A stretch of 49,221 bases of DNA from Desulfosoma sp. (GCA_037481835.1 JBBFKW010000018.1:1-49221), one strand, 5' to 3'. Numbered from the stretch's first letter, positions 20,063-30,358 are shown. The notes: generated by a model not told the origin, from the letters alone. A program made the numbers and translations.

Positions 20063-20674
20063 TCATGCCAAGACCCGAAGCGCTTCCCTCAGGAGCTGTT
20101 CCAGAGTCGGTTTTTCCGTGACGGCGGCCAAAGCGCCTCGGGCTTTTCGAAGCGCCCTGGACGCTTCCGCGGGACGGTATCCCAGGTTCAGGAGCGCCGA
20201 ATAGGCGTCAGCATAGCCGTCGTCTTCTTCTGAAAATTCCGGAGGCGCCGTGGGTGGCGGCTCGGGCGCGGGAAGGCGCAACCGGTCCTTGAGTTCCAGC
20301 AGGATCCGTTCCGCCGTTTTTTTCCCAATTCCGGGAATCTTTTGCAAGCGCTGCCGGTCCTGAAAAAGCACCACCCGGTGCAGCTCATCGGGTTGAATCC
20401 CCGAGAGGATCGTCAGAGCCAGCTTGGGGCCGACGCCGTTGACGGCGATGAGGTGAAGGAACATCTCCTTTTCGGCCATCGTCCCGAACCCGAAAAGCTG
20501 CAGGGTGTCTTCCCGCACGTAGGTGTGCACATGCAAACTCGCCGTCGATCCCACTTCGGGCAGGTCGTAAAACGTGCTCAACGGGACGAAAACACAATAG
20601 CCCACCCCGTGGACGTCCACGATGACATGATCCGGGGCTTTATGGCGCAGACGGCCTTCCAAATGGGCGATCAT
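20063..20674 (-). CDS. ruvA: Holliday junction branch migration protein RuvA
   Basis: VHGVGY, GVGPKLA and [11 protein letters not shown] motifs. Confidence 0.97.
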   Translation of the reverse strand: MIAHLEGRLRHKAPDHVIVDVHGVGYCVFVPLSTFYDLPEVGSTASLHVHTYVREDTLQLFGFGTMAEKEMFLHLIAVNGVGPKLALTILSGIQPDELHRVVLFQDRQRLQKIPGIGKKTAERILLELKDRLRLPAPEPPPTAPPEFSEEDDGYADAYSALLNLGYRPAEASRALRKARGALAAVTEKPTLEQLLREALRVLA

Positions 20675-21171
20675 GGGCGGTCGGCCACTCGAAAACGCTG
20701 GGAAGAGGTTCGCGCGTGGATGTGGCAGACGGCCACGGCCAGGGCGTCGGCCGCGTGAGGGTCGTTCAGGTCATGCAGGGCCAGGAGGACTCGAATCATG
20801 TGCATGACCTGGTTTTTTTCGGCTTTGCCGTAGCCGACCACCGCCTGTTTGATTTCCAGGGCGCTGTATTCAAAGACGCGAAGCCCGCCGTGGATCCCCG
20901 CCGCAATGGCGGCGCCACGGGCTTGCCCCAAAACGAGGGCGCTTCGGGCGTTTCGCGAGACGAAGACGTCTTCGACGGCCATCTCGTCCGGGCGGGTGTG
21001 CTCGATGAGGCCGCTGATTTCGGTGAAGATGCGCCCCAACCGCACGGGCAGCGGCAGGGACGCCGGCAAAGGCACAGAACCACAGGTGACGGTCCGAAGC
21101 CGATCCCCGTCGCCGTCCACCACCCCATAGCCCGTGTGGCGGGATCCGGGGTCTATGCCGAGGACGCGCAT
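20671..21171 (-). CDS. ruvC: Crossover junction endodeoxyribonuclease RuvC
   Basis: LGIDPG, LGQARG, GYGKAEK and DALAVAVCH motifs. Confidence 0.97.
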   Translation of the reverse strand: MRVLGIDPGSRHTGYGVVDGDGDRLRTVTCGSVPLPASLPLPVRLGRIFTEISGLIEHTRPDEMAVEDVFVSRNARSALVLGQARGAAIAAGIHGGLRVFEYSALEIKQAVVGYGKAEKNQVMHMIRVLLALHDLNDPHAADALAVAVCHIHARTSSQRFRVADRP

Positions 21172-21189
21172 CCCCGATCCTTTCTCGAC

Positions 21190-21939
21190 CTAGGCGACGG
21201 CGTTGAGGATTTCATCGGGAATGTCGAAGTTGGCGTAGGCGTTCTGCACGTCGTCGTTGTCTTCCAGAGCGTCCATGAGCTTGAGGAGCTGCTGGGCGGT
21301 CTTTTCGTCTTCCACACGGATCGTGGTCTGGGGCACCATGGTCACCTGGGCCATCTCGTAGGCCATCCCGCGCTGGTCGAAGGCGGCTTTGACCTTTTCC
21401 AAATCCGTCGGGGTCGTGATGACCTCGAACTGATCCCCTTGGTCGCGCACATCTTCGGCACCCGCTTCCAAGGCGACTTCCATGAGTTCGTCTTCGCCGA
21501 TTTTGTCCTTGTTGAACACGATGAGGCCGTGCTTTTCGAACATCCACGCGACACAGCCGGCCTCGCCCAGACTCCCCCCGTTCTTACTGAAAATATGGCG
21601 GATTTCACTGGCGGCCCGGTTGCGGTTATCCGTGGTGACTTCCACCAGGATGGCCACCCCTCCAGGGCCGTAGCCTTCATAAATGGCCTCTTCGTAGGCC
21701 GCACCTTCCAATTCGCCCGTGCCCTTCTTGATGGCCCGTTCGATGTTTTCCTTGGGCATGTTTTCCGCTTTGGCCGCAGCGATGGCCGCCCGCAGCCTGG
21801 GGTTGGCTTCCGGATCCCCGCCCCCCATGCGGGCGGCGACCGTCAATTCCTTGATGAGCTTCGTGAAAATCTTGCCGCGCTTGGCATCCTGGGCGGCTTT
21901 CTTGTGCTTAATGGTGCTCCACTTGGAATGTCCCGACAT
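21190..21939 (-). CDS. yebC: YebC/PmpR family protein
   Basis: [22 protein letters not shown] and TDNRNR motifs. Confidence 0.96.
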   Translation of the reverse strand: MSGHSKWSTIKHKKAAQDAKRGKIFTKLIKELTVAARMGGGDPEANPRLRAAIAAAKAENMPKENIERAIKKGTGELEGAAYEEAIYEGYGPGGVAILVEVTTDNRNRAASEIRHIFSKNGGSLGEAGCVAWMFEKHGLIVFNKDKIGEDELMEVALEAGAEDVRDQGDQFEVITTPTDLEKVKAAFDQRGMAYEMAQVTMVPQTTIRVEDEKTAQQLLKLMDALEDNDDVQNAYANFDIPDEILNAVA

Positions 21940-21953
21940 CGGTGCGTCCTCCG

Positions 21954-22553
21954 TTAATCGTTTTTGCCCTTGAATTCCATGGCAAGGACATAAATTTCTC
22001 GACTCTGTTTTCGCGATGCGTCCGGCTTGACCACCTTGACGCGGCGAAAAGACTTCTTAACCCGGGCGAGCAGGGCATGAAAGGCGTCGCCTTGAAAGAT
22101 CTTCGCAAGAAAATGCCCCCCGGGTCGCAACACCTCGTGGGCCACGTCCAGGGCCCTTTCAAAAAGGAGTTCCGATCGGGCGGCGTCGGCGGATTTCACG
22201 CCTGAAGTTTTCGGAGCCATGTCGCTCAGCACCACATCGAAGGGGCCGTACCGACACGCCAGAAGCTCGAGAGCGGCTTCGTCAAAGATATCCTGCTGAA
22301 GCGTCACCACGTGTTCGGGAAAAGGGTGGGTAATGGGTTGAAGATCGACGCCCACCACCAGGCCTTTTGGCCCCACGATGCGGCTGGTGAGCTGGATCCA
22401 CGAGCCCGGCGCGGCGCCCAGGTCCAAGACGCGGTCCCCCCGTCGCACCACCCGGTGCTTGTTTTGGATTTCTCCGAGTTTGTAGACGGCTCGCGCAAGG
22501 TAATGCTCTTTCTTGGCTCGGTGGAAGTAATGGTCCTGGTACGGATGGGTCAT
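21954..22553 (-). CDS. rlmE: 23S rRNA U2552 2'-O-methyltransferase
   Basis: [21 protein letters not shown] and KP.ASR..SRE.Y motifs. Confidence 0.93.
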   Translation of the reverse strand: MTHPYQDHYFHRAKKEHYLARAVYKLGEIQNKHRVVRRGDRVLDLGAAPGSWIQLTSRIVGPKGLVVGVDLQPITHPFPEHVVTLQQDIFDEAALELLACRYGPFDVVLSDMAPKTSGVKSADAARSELLFERALDVAHEVLRPGGHFLAKIFQGDAFHALLARVKKSFRRVKVVKPDASRKQSREIYVLAMEFKGKND

Positions 22554-22827
22554 GCCCCGAAAACCCCTAATTATCTCTTATTCCAAACGGAATCGTTCAT
22601 AACACAATCCCGGACCCGTTGCAAACGCCTCGGCTGCGCCCCGGACCGCCTGCAGGCACGAATGGGCCGGGATCAGCCGACGGCCCAGGGACAGGGCCAG
22701 CCGGACGCGGGGCCGCACAAAAGAGGCCGGGGCCGAATCATGGCGTTCCTTTTTATCCAGAAGCCGGGGGAAGGAGGGCTTCTTCACGCCTTTATCCATG
22801 CGGGGCTGCGGGAACTGTCACGATCCT

Positions 22828-24258
22828 TCAGGAATTTTCCCCTTGGAGCATGGGGAGTTTGAGCTGGCGGCGGTCGTCGTTGGCCAGGTAAATCGTCCGG
22901 GAAGGGAAGGCGAAGTCGATGCCCTCCTCGTTGAAGGCCTTCAGGATCGCCAGGCACGTCTTCTGGAGCCAGGCCTGGTAGGCCCAGTACTCGGGAGGAT
23001 GGTACCAGGCGATGACCATGATGTTGAGGCTCCAGTCGTTGAATCCGTTGAAGACGACCCGGGGCGGAAAATCCGGGTGCATGCCCTCGTGGTTTTCCAG
23101 GATTTCCTGAAGGATCTCCACGGCCCGTTCCACCTTCTCAGGCGGCGTGTCGTAGGTGAGGGTGATGTTGGTGAGCCAGCGGATGTGGGGTCGTCTCGTC
23201 ACGTTTTCCACGGGGGAGTTGACCACCTTTTCGTTGGGCAGGGTCACCAGGTGCCCAGTCAGGGTCCGAAGGCGGATGCTTCGAAACCCCACGGATTCCA
23301 CCACCCCGTCCAGGCCGTCCACCAGAATGCGGTCGCCCACCTGGAAGGGCTTGTCGAAAAGGATGGTCAGGGTGCCGAAGAAGTTGGCCACCGACTCCTT
23401 GGCCGCCAAGGCCAGGGCCAGGCCGCCGATGCCCAGGGAGGCGATGAGAGGGCCGACGTCGATCCCGGTCAGAGTCCGGAGAACCATGATGCCCCCCACG
23501 GTCGCCACAAAGATTCGCAGGGTCTTTCCCACCAAGGGGGCCAGCATGTCGTCGATGGTGCTTTCCGTGGTGGCGGCCCACCGCTTCATGCGCACGTCCA
23601 CCACGGTCGCAAGCCGATAGATGACCCAGATGAGGACGATGGTGCCGCCCACGTCTGCGGCCCGGCTGGCCACCGTATGGACCAGGTTGGTGCCGTCGGG
23701 GGATTGGAAATGACCGAAGAGCGGAGACAGGGCCGCATAGACGCCGTAGACCCAGATGAAGAGGGTGAGCGGCTTGTGGAGGGTTTCCAGGGTGAGGGAG
23801 AGCCAGCCCTCCTTTTCGCCGGCATCGGCCAGGCGATGCAGCCGACGCCGCAGAAAGGCGCGCACGAGCCGTTCGAAGACCACCACGACGAAGAGAAGCC
23901 CGGCGCAGACCATGAGCTTGAGCCAGCTGATGCCGTAGAGGACCTTGGCGTCCACCCATTTGCCCAGGCGCCGGGACGCCTTTTGGCTCATCTGGTCGAT
24001 GTTGGCCCCGATCTTTTGGGCCGCCTGGTCGATCTTTTCCGTCTGAACGGGGGTCACCTTTTCCGTGGGCAGGGGAATCAGGGGGGCTTTGGGGCCTTCT
24101 TCCGCCTATCCATTGTCCGGAGCGCTCTGCTGAGCCGATGAAGAAGGGGCCGGTGTCTGCCCCCAGGCGGAACCCGCCGGACCGGCCAGCACCAGCGAGG
24201 CGAAGACAACGATCAGAAGGGTTTGAAAGGGCGTCCGTATCCACGAAACCAAACCCAC
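22828..24258 (-). CDS. MscS-family mechanosensitive channel with in-frame TAG at codon 51 (24106-24108)
   Basis: SD AGGAGG plus GTG 24258 gives a signal peptide in frame with the MscS body (LGIGGLALALAAKESVANFF, KPFQVGD, GVVESVGFRS, GIDFAFP). May be a pseudogene or may restart at GTG 24057. Confidence 0.8.
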
Positions 24259-24372
24259 CTTGCACCTCCTTCTTTCGGCGTGGCCGCTCACAGGGCGATG
24301 AAACGAAACAACACGTTCTGTTTTCAATGCACGCGGGACGTGAGGCCGAATCACCGTTCGCCCCTACATTGG

Positions 24373-24600
24373 TCATATTCCAACGGCCATCAACAACTTT
24401 TTGGTTTCGTCCGAAAGGTTCACAGGAAGAAACATGGATGCTGGATAAAGGTATCCATCCGGTTCGGATAGATCTTCATCCAGTATGCGGAGCATATGAT
24501 GCGCTTCCGCTTCGGGATCCGGCAGCTTGCGATAGATTTTACCCACGATCAAGCTTGCCGGGTTGTCCTTATTGTTGATGCAGACCACGTATTCAATCAT
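24373..24600 (-). CDS. Small hypothetical protein (75 aa), downstream gene of a two-gene module
   Basis: YVVCINN...ASL..GKIY..LPD...LRILDE...YLYP. ATGA-coupled to the upstream gene. Confidence 0.75.
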   Translation of the reverse strand: MIEYVVCINNKDNPASLIVGKIYRKLPDPEAEAHHMLRILDEDLSEPDGYLYPASMFLPVNLSDETKKLLMAVGI

Positions 24601-24839
24601 CGGATCAACCTCTTGATCTTAAAATCCCTGCGACCAATTCCATGGGCTTCGTACCAGTAAATTTCGGCCTCGCAAGTGGTTCCGTCCCCAAGTTGCACGA
24701 CGGCGATACCCTTCATCTTCCGCCAACGTTCCGGACCGTAGTGGCGCTCCAGATATCGCCCAATGTGCACGCCTCGGCCTGAGGCAATGACCTCGATATC
24801 CTTGATCTCACTGAGGATCCATAACCCCTGAACATTCAT
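24597..24839 (-). CDS. Small basic hypothetical protein (80 aa), upstream gene of a two-gene module
   Basis: IEVIASG...YG..RWRKMKG...EIYWYEAHGIGRRDFKIKR. Start ATG 24839. Confidence 0.72.
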   Translation of the reverse strand: MNVQGLWILSEIKDIEVIASGRGVHIGRYLERHYGPERWRKMKGIAVVQLGDGTTCEAEIYWYEAHGIGRRDFKIKRLIR

Positions 24840-25018
24840 CGGGCCACACGCGGATTGGCGATCGTAGGTATCTTCACCGTCCAAATATACCCCATCTTCC
24901 CCGGTCCAACAACGCCCGGCCCTGCAAAGCCGCCGAACGTCGCGGGCAGGGGCGGAGTTCATCGCCGCCCGTGAAGCGTGCGGTGATGGATGGACTCGAT
25001 GAGGGCCATCTCGGCGGT

Positions 25019-25247
25019 TCAGGGTCCCGATGCCCTGCGCCCCTTGAGGTTGAGAAGCTCCACGAAGAGCGAAAAGCCCATGGCGAAGTCGATGGAGCCC
25101 CTTTCGATGTGCCTTCCGAAGCCCTCGGCCACCGGCAGGATGCCGATGAGCGGGAGAAAGCGGAGGGCCGGCATCTTCACGTGGGGTGCCGGTCAAGGTC
25201 ACCAGGGCCGCCGCATTTTCCAGGGTCCACAAATTCTCGAACAGCAT
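25019..25247 (-). pseudogene. TerC-family membrane protein remnant (internal deletion plus frameshift)
   Basis: The N-terminus (ENAAALVTLT) is joined directly to a TerC-like C-terminus in shifted frames (HPT/VKMPALRFLPLIGILPVAEGFGRHIERGSIDFAMGFSLFVELLNLK). Confidence 0.75.
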
Positions 25248-25250
25248 GTT

Positions 25251-26519
25251 CTAAGGAGTCTCCTCTTCCAGGATGTTTTCCGTTTCCCCGTTTCGCACCA
25301 GAAGGACCGACCCCAGGGGTAGGATCGTCCGGTCGATCTCTTCCGCGTAACCGAGGGCTTCCCCGGGCTCGGGCGCCCGCATGCCCAGGAGGGTCAGGTC
25401 CGTCTGCCCGCTCTGCTGCCTCAACACGGACGTGAACGGCTGCCGCGGATCCGCCTTGGTGAAGACCACCAGCTCCGCGTCCATGCGAACCTGGTAGAGC
25501 ATCTTCTGGAGGTGGTTCCGGAGCCCCTCCACGGCTTCTTCCCTGTCTACCACCTGCAAGAGGCGTGTTCGGGCGTCCTGCCACGGCTCGCTCTGCCGGA
25601 GAATGTGGGCGATGAGCAGCATGAGTTCCGCGTTTCGGTCCCGCCCTCTCCACCACACGTCGATGAGGCCGCAGGTGCCGAAGCCCCTTTCTTCATGGGC
25701 CCGGAGAAAGAGCACGGACTTTTTCAGGGAGATGAGCTTGCGCATGAGAAGGAGTTGTTCCGCCTGGGCGGAGCGGCGGCCGGCCCATCCCATGGCGACC
25801 ATGTTGGGCTCCAGACCGGCCAGGCCGTGGGCCTGCAGCAGCGTGACGGCCCCGCGGTAGAGGTCCTCCACGATGCTCGATTCGGTGAAGGCCAGGATCC
25901 CCTTTTCCGTCAGATACTCCTGCATGTAACGTCTGGAGGTCTCCCGGTAGCCTTTTCCGGCCAGGGCCTCCACATCGCCTTCGATGACGTAGTAGAAGGT
26001 GACGAAGCCTCTCCCCTTCGCCATCCATGTGCCCAAGGTGAGCAGATGTTCCTGTTTTTGAGGGGATCGCAGAAAGACCACCAGATTGGGCCGCCAGTTC
26101 TTGATGTGCCAGGGAACGGTCTCCAGGCCCATCAGGCTCAAACGGGCCAAGCTCAGCCAGATGCCGCTGCGGATGTCGCCCCAGTCGTGGCGCAGCGAAC
26201 GCCGCTTCAACAGGAAATAGACTCCGTAGCTGAGGATGATCGCCGCGCCGGTGGCCAGCGGATTGATGAGAAACATGGCCGTATAGCACCCCATGGCGCC
26301 CAGGAAGGAGAGGATCCAGGGAACATTGAAGTGGGGGCGGAAAGACGGGTTTCCCAGGAGCCGTTCCAGTCCTGCAGCCAGGTTGATCATCCCGTAGGTG
26401 TTCAGGAAAAACATGGTGATGATGGAAGCCACGAAGTCCAGGTTGCCCATCCAGATGACGGCCAGGGCGATCAGAATGGTGAGGAGGACCGCCATCCTGG
26501 GTTCGGTGGCGCTGCCCAT
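25251..26519 (-). pseudogene. 5'-truncated cation-chloride cotransporter-like amino acid permease
   Basis: EPR.A, ITMFFL.TYG..N, NPSFRP, KNWRPN and IDVWW motifs. The N-terminal TM helices of the family are missing. Confidence 0.75.
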
Positions 26520-26655
26520 AAGGAACGCGCTTTATGTTAGAGGGCCGCATTTTCAGGTTCTTGCGCGAGCACCATGAACCCGAACCAGCAGATCTAGTGT
26601 GAAAGAACCGTGCTGTCGGGTTGTTGTGCGACCAGCATGAGCTCGAAACAACACC

Positions 26656-26747
26656 TGTGGGAGCGGCGCAAGCCGCGATGAGGGTGGCCGGCAATCCAGC
26701 AAACGGGCGGCCACGCATAGAAAATCGCGCCTTGCGGCGCTCCCACA
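26656..26747. repeat. REPIN-like inverted doublet, second REP family (GTGGGAGCGG...)
   Basis: TGTGGGAGCGGCGCAAGCCGCGAT ... ATCGCGCCTTGCGGCGCTCCCACA, with an internal GTGGCCG/CGGCCAC pair. Confidence 0.65.
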
Positions 26748-26808
26748 CAAAGGTCTTGCTCAGCCTGTCCTATCATTCGCGCCGGGTGGAGCGGGTCGTC
26801 GTGATCCC

Positions 26809-27837
26809 TCATGAGGTTTCCCCTTGGAGCATGCGGAGTTTGAGCTGGCGGCGGTCGTCGTTGGCCAGGTAAATCGTCCGGGAAGGGAAGGCGAAGTCGA
26901 TGCCCTCCTCGTTGAAGGCCTTCAGGATCGCCAGGCACGTCTTCTGGAGCCAGGCCTGGTAGGCCCAGTACTCGGGAGGATGGTACCAGGCGATGACCAT
27001 GATGTTGAGGCTCCAGTCGTTGAATCCGTTGAAGACGACCCGGGGCGGAAAATCGGGATGCATGCCCTCGTGGTTTTCCAGGATTTCCTGAAGGATCTCC
27101 ACGGCCAGTTCCACCTTTTCAGGCGGCGTGTCGTAGGTGCTTTCCGTGGTGGCGGCCCACCGTTTCGTGCGCACGTCCACCACGGTCGCAAGCCGATAGA
27201 TGACCCAGATGAGGACGATGGTGCCGCCCACGTCTGCGGCCCGGCTGGCCACCGTATGGACCAGGTTGGTGCCGTCGGGGGATTGGAAATGGCCGAAGAG
27301 CGGAGACAGGGCCGCATAGACGCCGTAGACCCAGATGAGGAGGGTGAGCGGCTTGTGGAGGGTTTCCAGGGTGAGGGAGAGCCAGCCGTCCTTTTCCCCA
27401 GCCGCTTCCAGCCTCTGGAGCCTTCGGCGCAGCAGCGCACGCACCAGCCGCTCGAAGACCACCACCCCAAAGAGAAGCCCGGCGCAGATCATGAGCTTGA
27501 GCCAGCTGATGCCGTAGAGGACGTTGGCGTCCACCCATTTGCCCAGGCGCCGGGACGCCTTTTGGCTCATCTGGTCGATGTTGGCCCCGATCTTTTGGGC
27601 CGCCTGGTCGATCTTTTCCGTCTGAACGGGGGTCACCTTTTCCGTGGGCAGGGGAATCAGGGGGGCTTTGGGGCCTTCTTCCGCCTATCCATTGTCCGGA
27701 GCGCTCTGCTGAGCCGATGAAGAAGGGGCCGGTGTCTGCCCCCAGGCGGAACCCGCCGGACCGGCCAGCACCAGCGAGGCGAAGACAACGATCAGAAGGG
27801 TTTGAAAGGGCGTCCGTATCCACGAAACCAAACCCAC
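26809..27837 (-). pseudogene. mscS copy with the same TAG (27685-27687) and a 402-bp in-frame deletion
   Basis: Reads WAATTEST|YDTPPEK. Lacks 134 aa, including the pore helices and the beta domain. Confidence 0.88.
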
Positions 27838-27938
27838 CTTGCACCTCCTTCTTTCGGCGTGGCCGCTCACAGGGCGATGAAACGAAACAACACGTTCTGT
27901 TTTCAATGCGCGCGAGAGTCCATAACCTACTGAAAATT

Positions 27939-27966
27939 CTGGATCCCAGCTTCCCCGGGGATGACG
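27939..27966 (-). repeat. CGTC-type REP-like hairpin
   Basis: CGTCATCCCCGGGGAAGCTGGGATCCAG on the minus strand. Single copy. Confidence 0.4.
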
Positions 27967-27998
27967 AATGGGCGTTGAAGGGCTCAAACTAGCCGTTG

Positions 27999-28307
27999 TC
28001 AGACAGGCTCCCAGCGTTCCACAAGCTTCTCTCTTATCCAGCTTGGGTTTCTTCGACAATCGAGTACGGCGATAACCACGACTTCTTTTTCCAGAACTTT
28101 GTAATACACTGCGAAGGGAAATCTCTTGGAAAGAAGCCGGTGGTGTCCATGGACCACGCGATGAATCCCGGCGAAAAATGCGAGCGAATCGATATCGGAA
28201 TAGAGAGAATCCAAAAAATACGAGCCAAGACCCGGAGACAGACTTTCGTAAAAATGATAGCCCTCTTCCAGATCTCTTTCAGCGCTATCAAGGATCTTCA
28301 CCTTCAC
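27999..28307 (-). CDS. RelE/ParE family type II toxin
   Basis: ILDSAERDLEEGYHFYE...GLG..F...KRFPFAVYY...VIAVLDCRRNP. GTGA overlap with the antitoxin gene. Confidence 0.88.
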   Translation of the reverse strand: MKVKILDSAERDLEEGYHFYESLSPGLGSYFLDSLYSDIDSLAFFAGIHRVVHGHHRLLSKRFPFAVYYKVLEKEVVVIAVLDCRRNPSWIREKLVERWEPV

Positions 28308-28525
28308 AGCACGTTCCTCTTGATTCTCTCCTTGGCCTCCTCCCAGTCAGATATGGTTGCTTTTCCAGTTGCCAACGCTTGTTCCCGATCTTTGAGGACT
28401 TCTTCATGCCAATGAGGGGAATCGAACGCAAGATCCTGTCTGGATAAATCGTCCCAAATAGCCTCCATCAGTTGGAGCTTCTCAGCTACGGTCAGCTTTG
28501 AGAGAGGAAAATTGATTTTTTCCAT
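28304..28525 (-). CDS. Addiction-module antitoxin (TIGR02574-like)
   Basis: LTVAEKLQLMEAIWDDL...SP.WH..VL..R...DWEEAKERI. SD AAGGAG upstream. Confidence 0.87.
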   Translation of the reverse strand: MEKINFPLSKLTVAEKLQLMEAIWDDLSRQDLAFDSPHWHEEVLKDREQALATGKATISDWEEAKERIKRNVL

Positions 28526-28725
28526 GCCTTCTCCTTTCTCGGGACGGGCACACGGATACTTGCCCGAGATGCCTATTGACTGTCTCTTCCACAATACCCC
28601 ATCTTCCCCGCTCCAACAACGCCCTGCCCTGCAAAGCCGCCGAACGTCGCGGGCAGGGGCGGAGTTCATCCCCGCCCGTGAAGCGTGCGGTGATGGATGG
28701 ACTCGATGAGGGCCATCTCGGCGGT

Positions 28726-28954
28726 TCAGGGTCCCGATGCCCTGCGCCCCTTGAGGTTGAGAAGCTCCACGAAGAGCGAAAAGCCCATGGCGAAGTCGAT
28801 GGAGCCCCTTTCGATGTGCCTTCCGAAGCCCTCGGCCACCGGCAGGATGCCGATGAGCGGGAGAAAGCGGAGGGCCGGCATCTTCACGTGGGGTGCCGGT
28901 CAAGGTCACCAGGGCCGCCGCATTTTCCAGGGTCCACAAATTCTCGAACAGCAT
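28726..28954 (-). pseudogene. TerC remnant, copy B
   Basis: Same lesion as 25019-25247. Confidence 0.75.
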
Positions 28955-28957
28955 GTT

Positions 28958-29338
28958 CTAAGGAGTCTCCTCTTCCAGGATGTTTTCCGTTTCCCCGTTT
29001 CGCACCAGAAGGACCGACCCCAGGGGTAGGATCGTCCGGTCGATCTCTTCCGCGTAACCGAGGGCTTCCCCGGGTTCGGGCACCCGCAGGCCCAGGAGGG
29101 TCAGGTCCGTCTGCCCGCTTTGCTGCCTCAGAACGGACGTGAACGGCTGCCACGGATCCGCCTTGGTGAGGACTACCAGCTCCGCGTCCATGCGAACCTT
29201 GTAGAGCATGTTCTGGAGGTGGTTCCGGAGCCCCTCCACGGCTTCTTCCCTGTCCACCACCTGCAGGAGGCGTATTCAGGCGTTCTGCCACGGCTCGCTC
29301 TGCCGGAGAATGTGGGCGATGAGCAGCATGAGTTCCGC
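28958..29338 (-). pseudogene. Permease C-terminal fragment, copy B
   Basis: Homologous to 25251-25631 and cut at 29338. Confidence 0.8.
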
Positions 29339-29341
29339 TGC

Positions 29342-29670
29342 CAATAACCCCCATCACGGGCAGCCCCGTGACAAAGAAAAGTGAAAGTCTAGTGGTTACT
29401 GTATGTTACCAAAACTTTCATATAAGGTTCTCGCACAAGCTCCCGGGGGCTCGACTTTCATCCTTGGTTGTGACACCGCGACATGCGACCGTATCCCCGA
29501 TTTTTGTTGGGGTTCGCTTCGCTCACCCCAACCTACATTCGCCGGCCAGCATTCTTAAATAAACTCGTATGTTGGGGTGAGCGAAGCGAATCCCAACGCA
29601 GATCTGGATCCGGCGAGACAACGAACCAAGAAAGTCCTGCCTTCCCAGATTCCGACCGCGACTTTCATAT
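29342..29670 (+). repeat. Composite REP-doublet element, copy 2
   Basis: REPs at 29506-29536(-) and 29567-29597(+, degenerate), with TGAAAGT/ACTTTCA inverted motifs. Colinear with 32821-33147. Confidence 0.85.
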
Positions 29671-29674
29671 GACG

Positions 29675-30317
29675 TGAAAGGCACCATTCCTTCGATCCCG
29701 GGGAGGCCCCAATGGGCGCAGCGCCGTCATCGCCCTGGGAGGTTCGGTAAACGTCCTTTTTTGGGGGCCTGGAATTGTCCGCGTAGAAGACAGCCCCGTC
29801 CAAAGCTACGTGGCCCATGGGACGCTCCGTTACGGGAACCCGCGCCTTCTCCGGAAGCTCCACCCCACAGCGCCGCCCGATCCTTTCTAAACCTCCCGCA
29901 TGCCGCTCAAAACGCTCCCTCAGGGTCTCCTCGGAAGGCGTCGTTCCAATGCCCATGGCCTCGGGGAACCATAGTCCTTGCTCACGCCACGGACGGCCTC
30001 AAAGTCGCTCTTCCCCGTCGTCGAGACCCCGAGGGTGGTTTGCACCACGGCCATGTGCGGACTTTTGGGATGTTCCGCAACCTCATCCCGTTGCTGGGAC
30101 AGCGTCGCGGACTTATCGACCCAAGAGCCGGCCGGGGCCAAAGCCGATGGATTGCTGGAGGTAGCCTCGGGGGATTGTTCGGTCTCAATCTTTTTCATCG
30201 GCGTCCCTGGCAGGTGAGTTCACGAGAGGATCTTCCATGTCACAAAAAGCTAGCGATGGCAATGCCTTACATGGCACATGATGGTCTTAAGGATGTATTT
30301 TCTTTCACGGATTCAAG
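29675..30317 (-). mobile_element. Degenerate 5' part of an IS1380-family element
   Basis: Frameshifted transposase fragments (MKKIETEQS...GKSDFEAV; PSEETLRERF...GHVALD..VF..DNS..KK...DG.API...WCL). Candidate left end CTTGAATCCGTGA at 30317-30305, recognised from memory. Confidence 0.7.
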
Positions 30318-30328
30318 TTTTTGCCCCT

Positions 30329-30358
30329 TTGACAAGGGGCCGGGGGAGCCTTTATGGT
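30329..30358 (+). promoter_or_regulatory. Possible sigma70-like promoter
   Basis: TTGACA-18 nt-TATGGT upstream of the IMPase gene. Confidence 0.35.

Larger units (their letters stand above)
22822..25631. repeat. Tandem segmental duplication, copy A (partner 26803-29338)
   Basis: Near-identical sequence at offsets 3981/3579 (mscS) and 3707 (terC remnant, permease tail). Non-homologous slot at 24339-24886. Confidence 0.92.
26803..29338. repeat. Tandem segmental duplication, copy B
   Basis: Homologous to 22822-25631. Non-homologous slot at 27918-28593. Confidence 0.92.

Noticed and set aside
24597..25247. 216-aa ORFs with a shared N-terminus and variable C-terminus (also 28304-28954), resembling a polymorphic toxin
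   Set aside because: The shared part is an out-of-frame terC remnant plus intergenic DNA. The C-terminal parts are separate small genes with their own starts.
27918..28005. Integron attC site after the RelE/ParE toxin
   Set aside because: A GTTATGG and a CAAC box are present but not complementary as R'/R'', and there is no integrase in the window.
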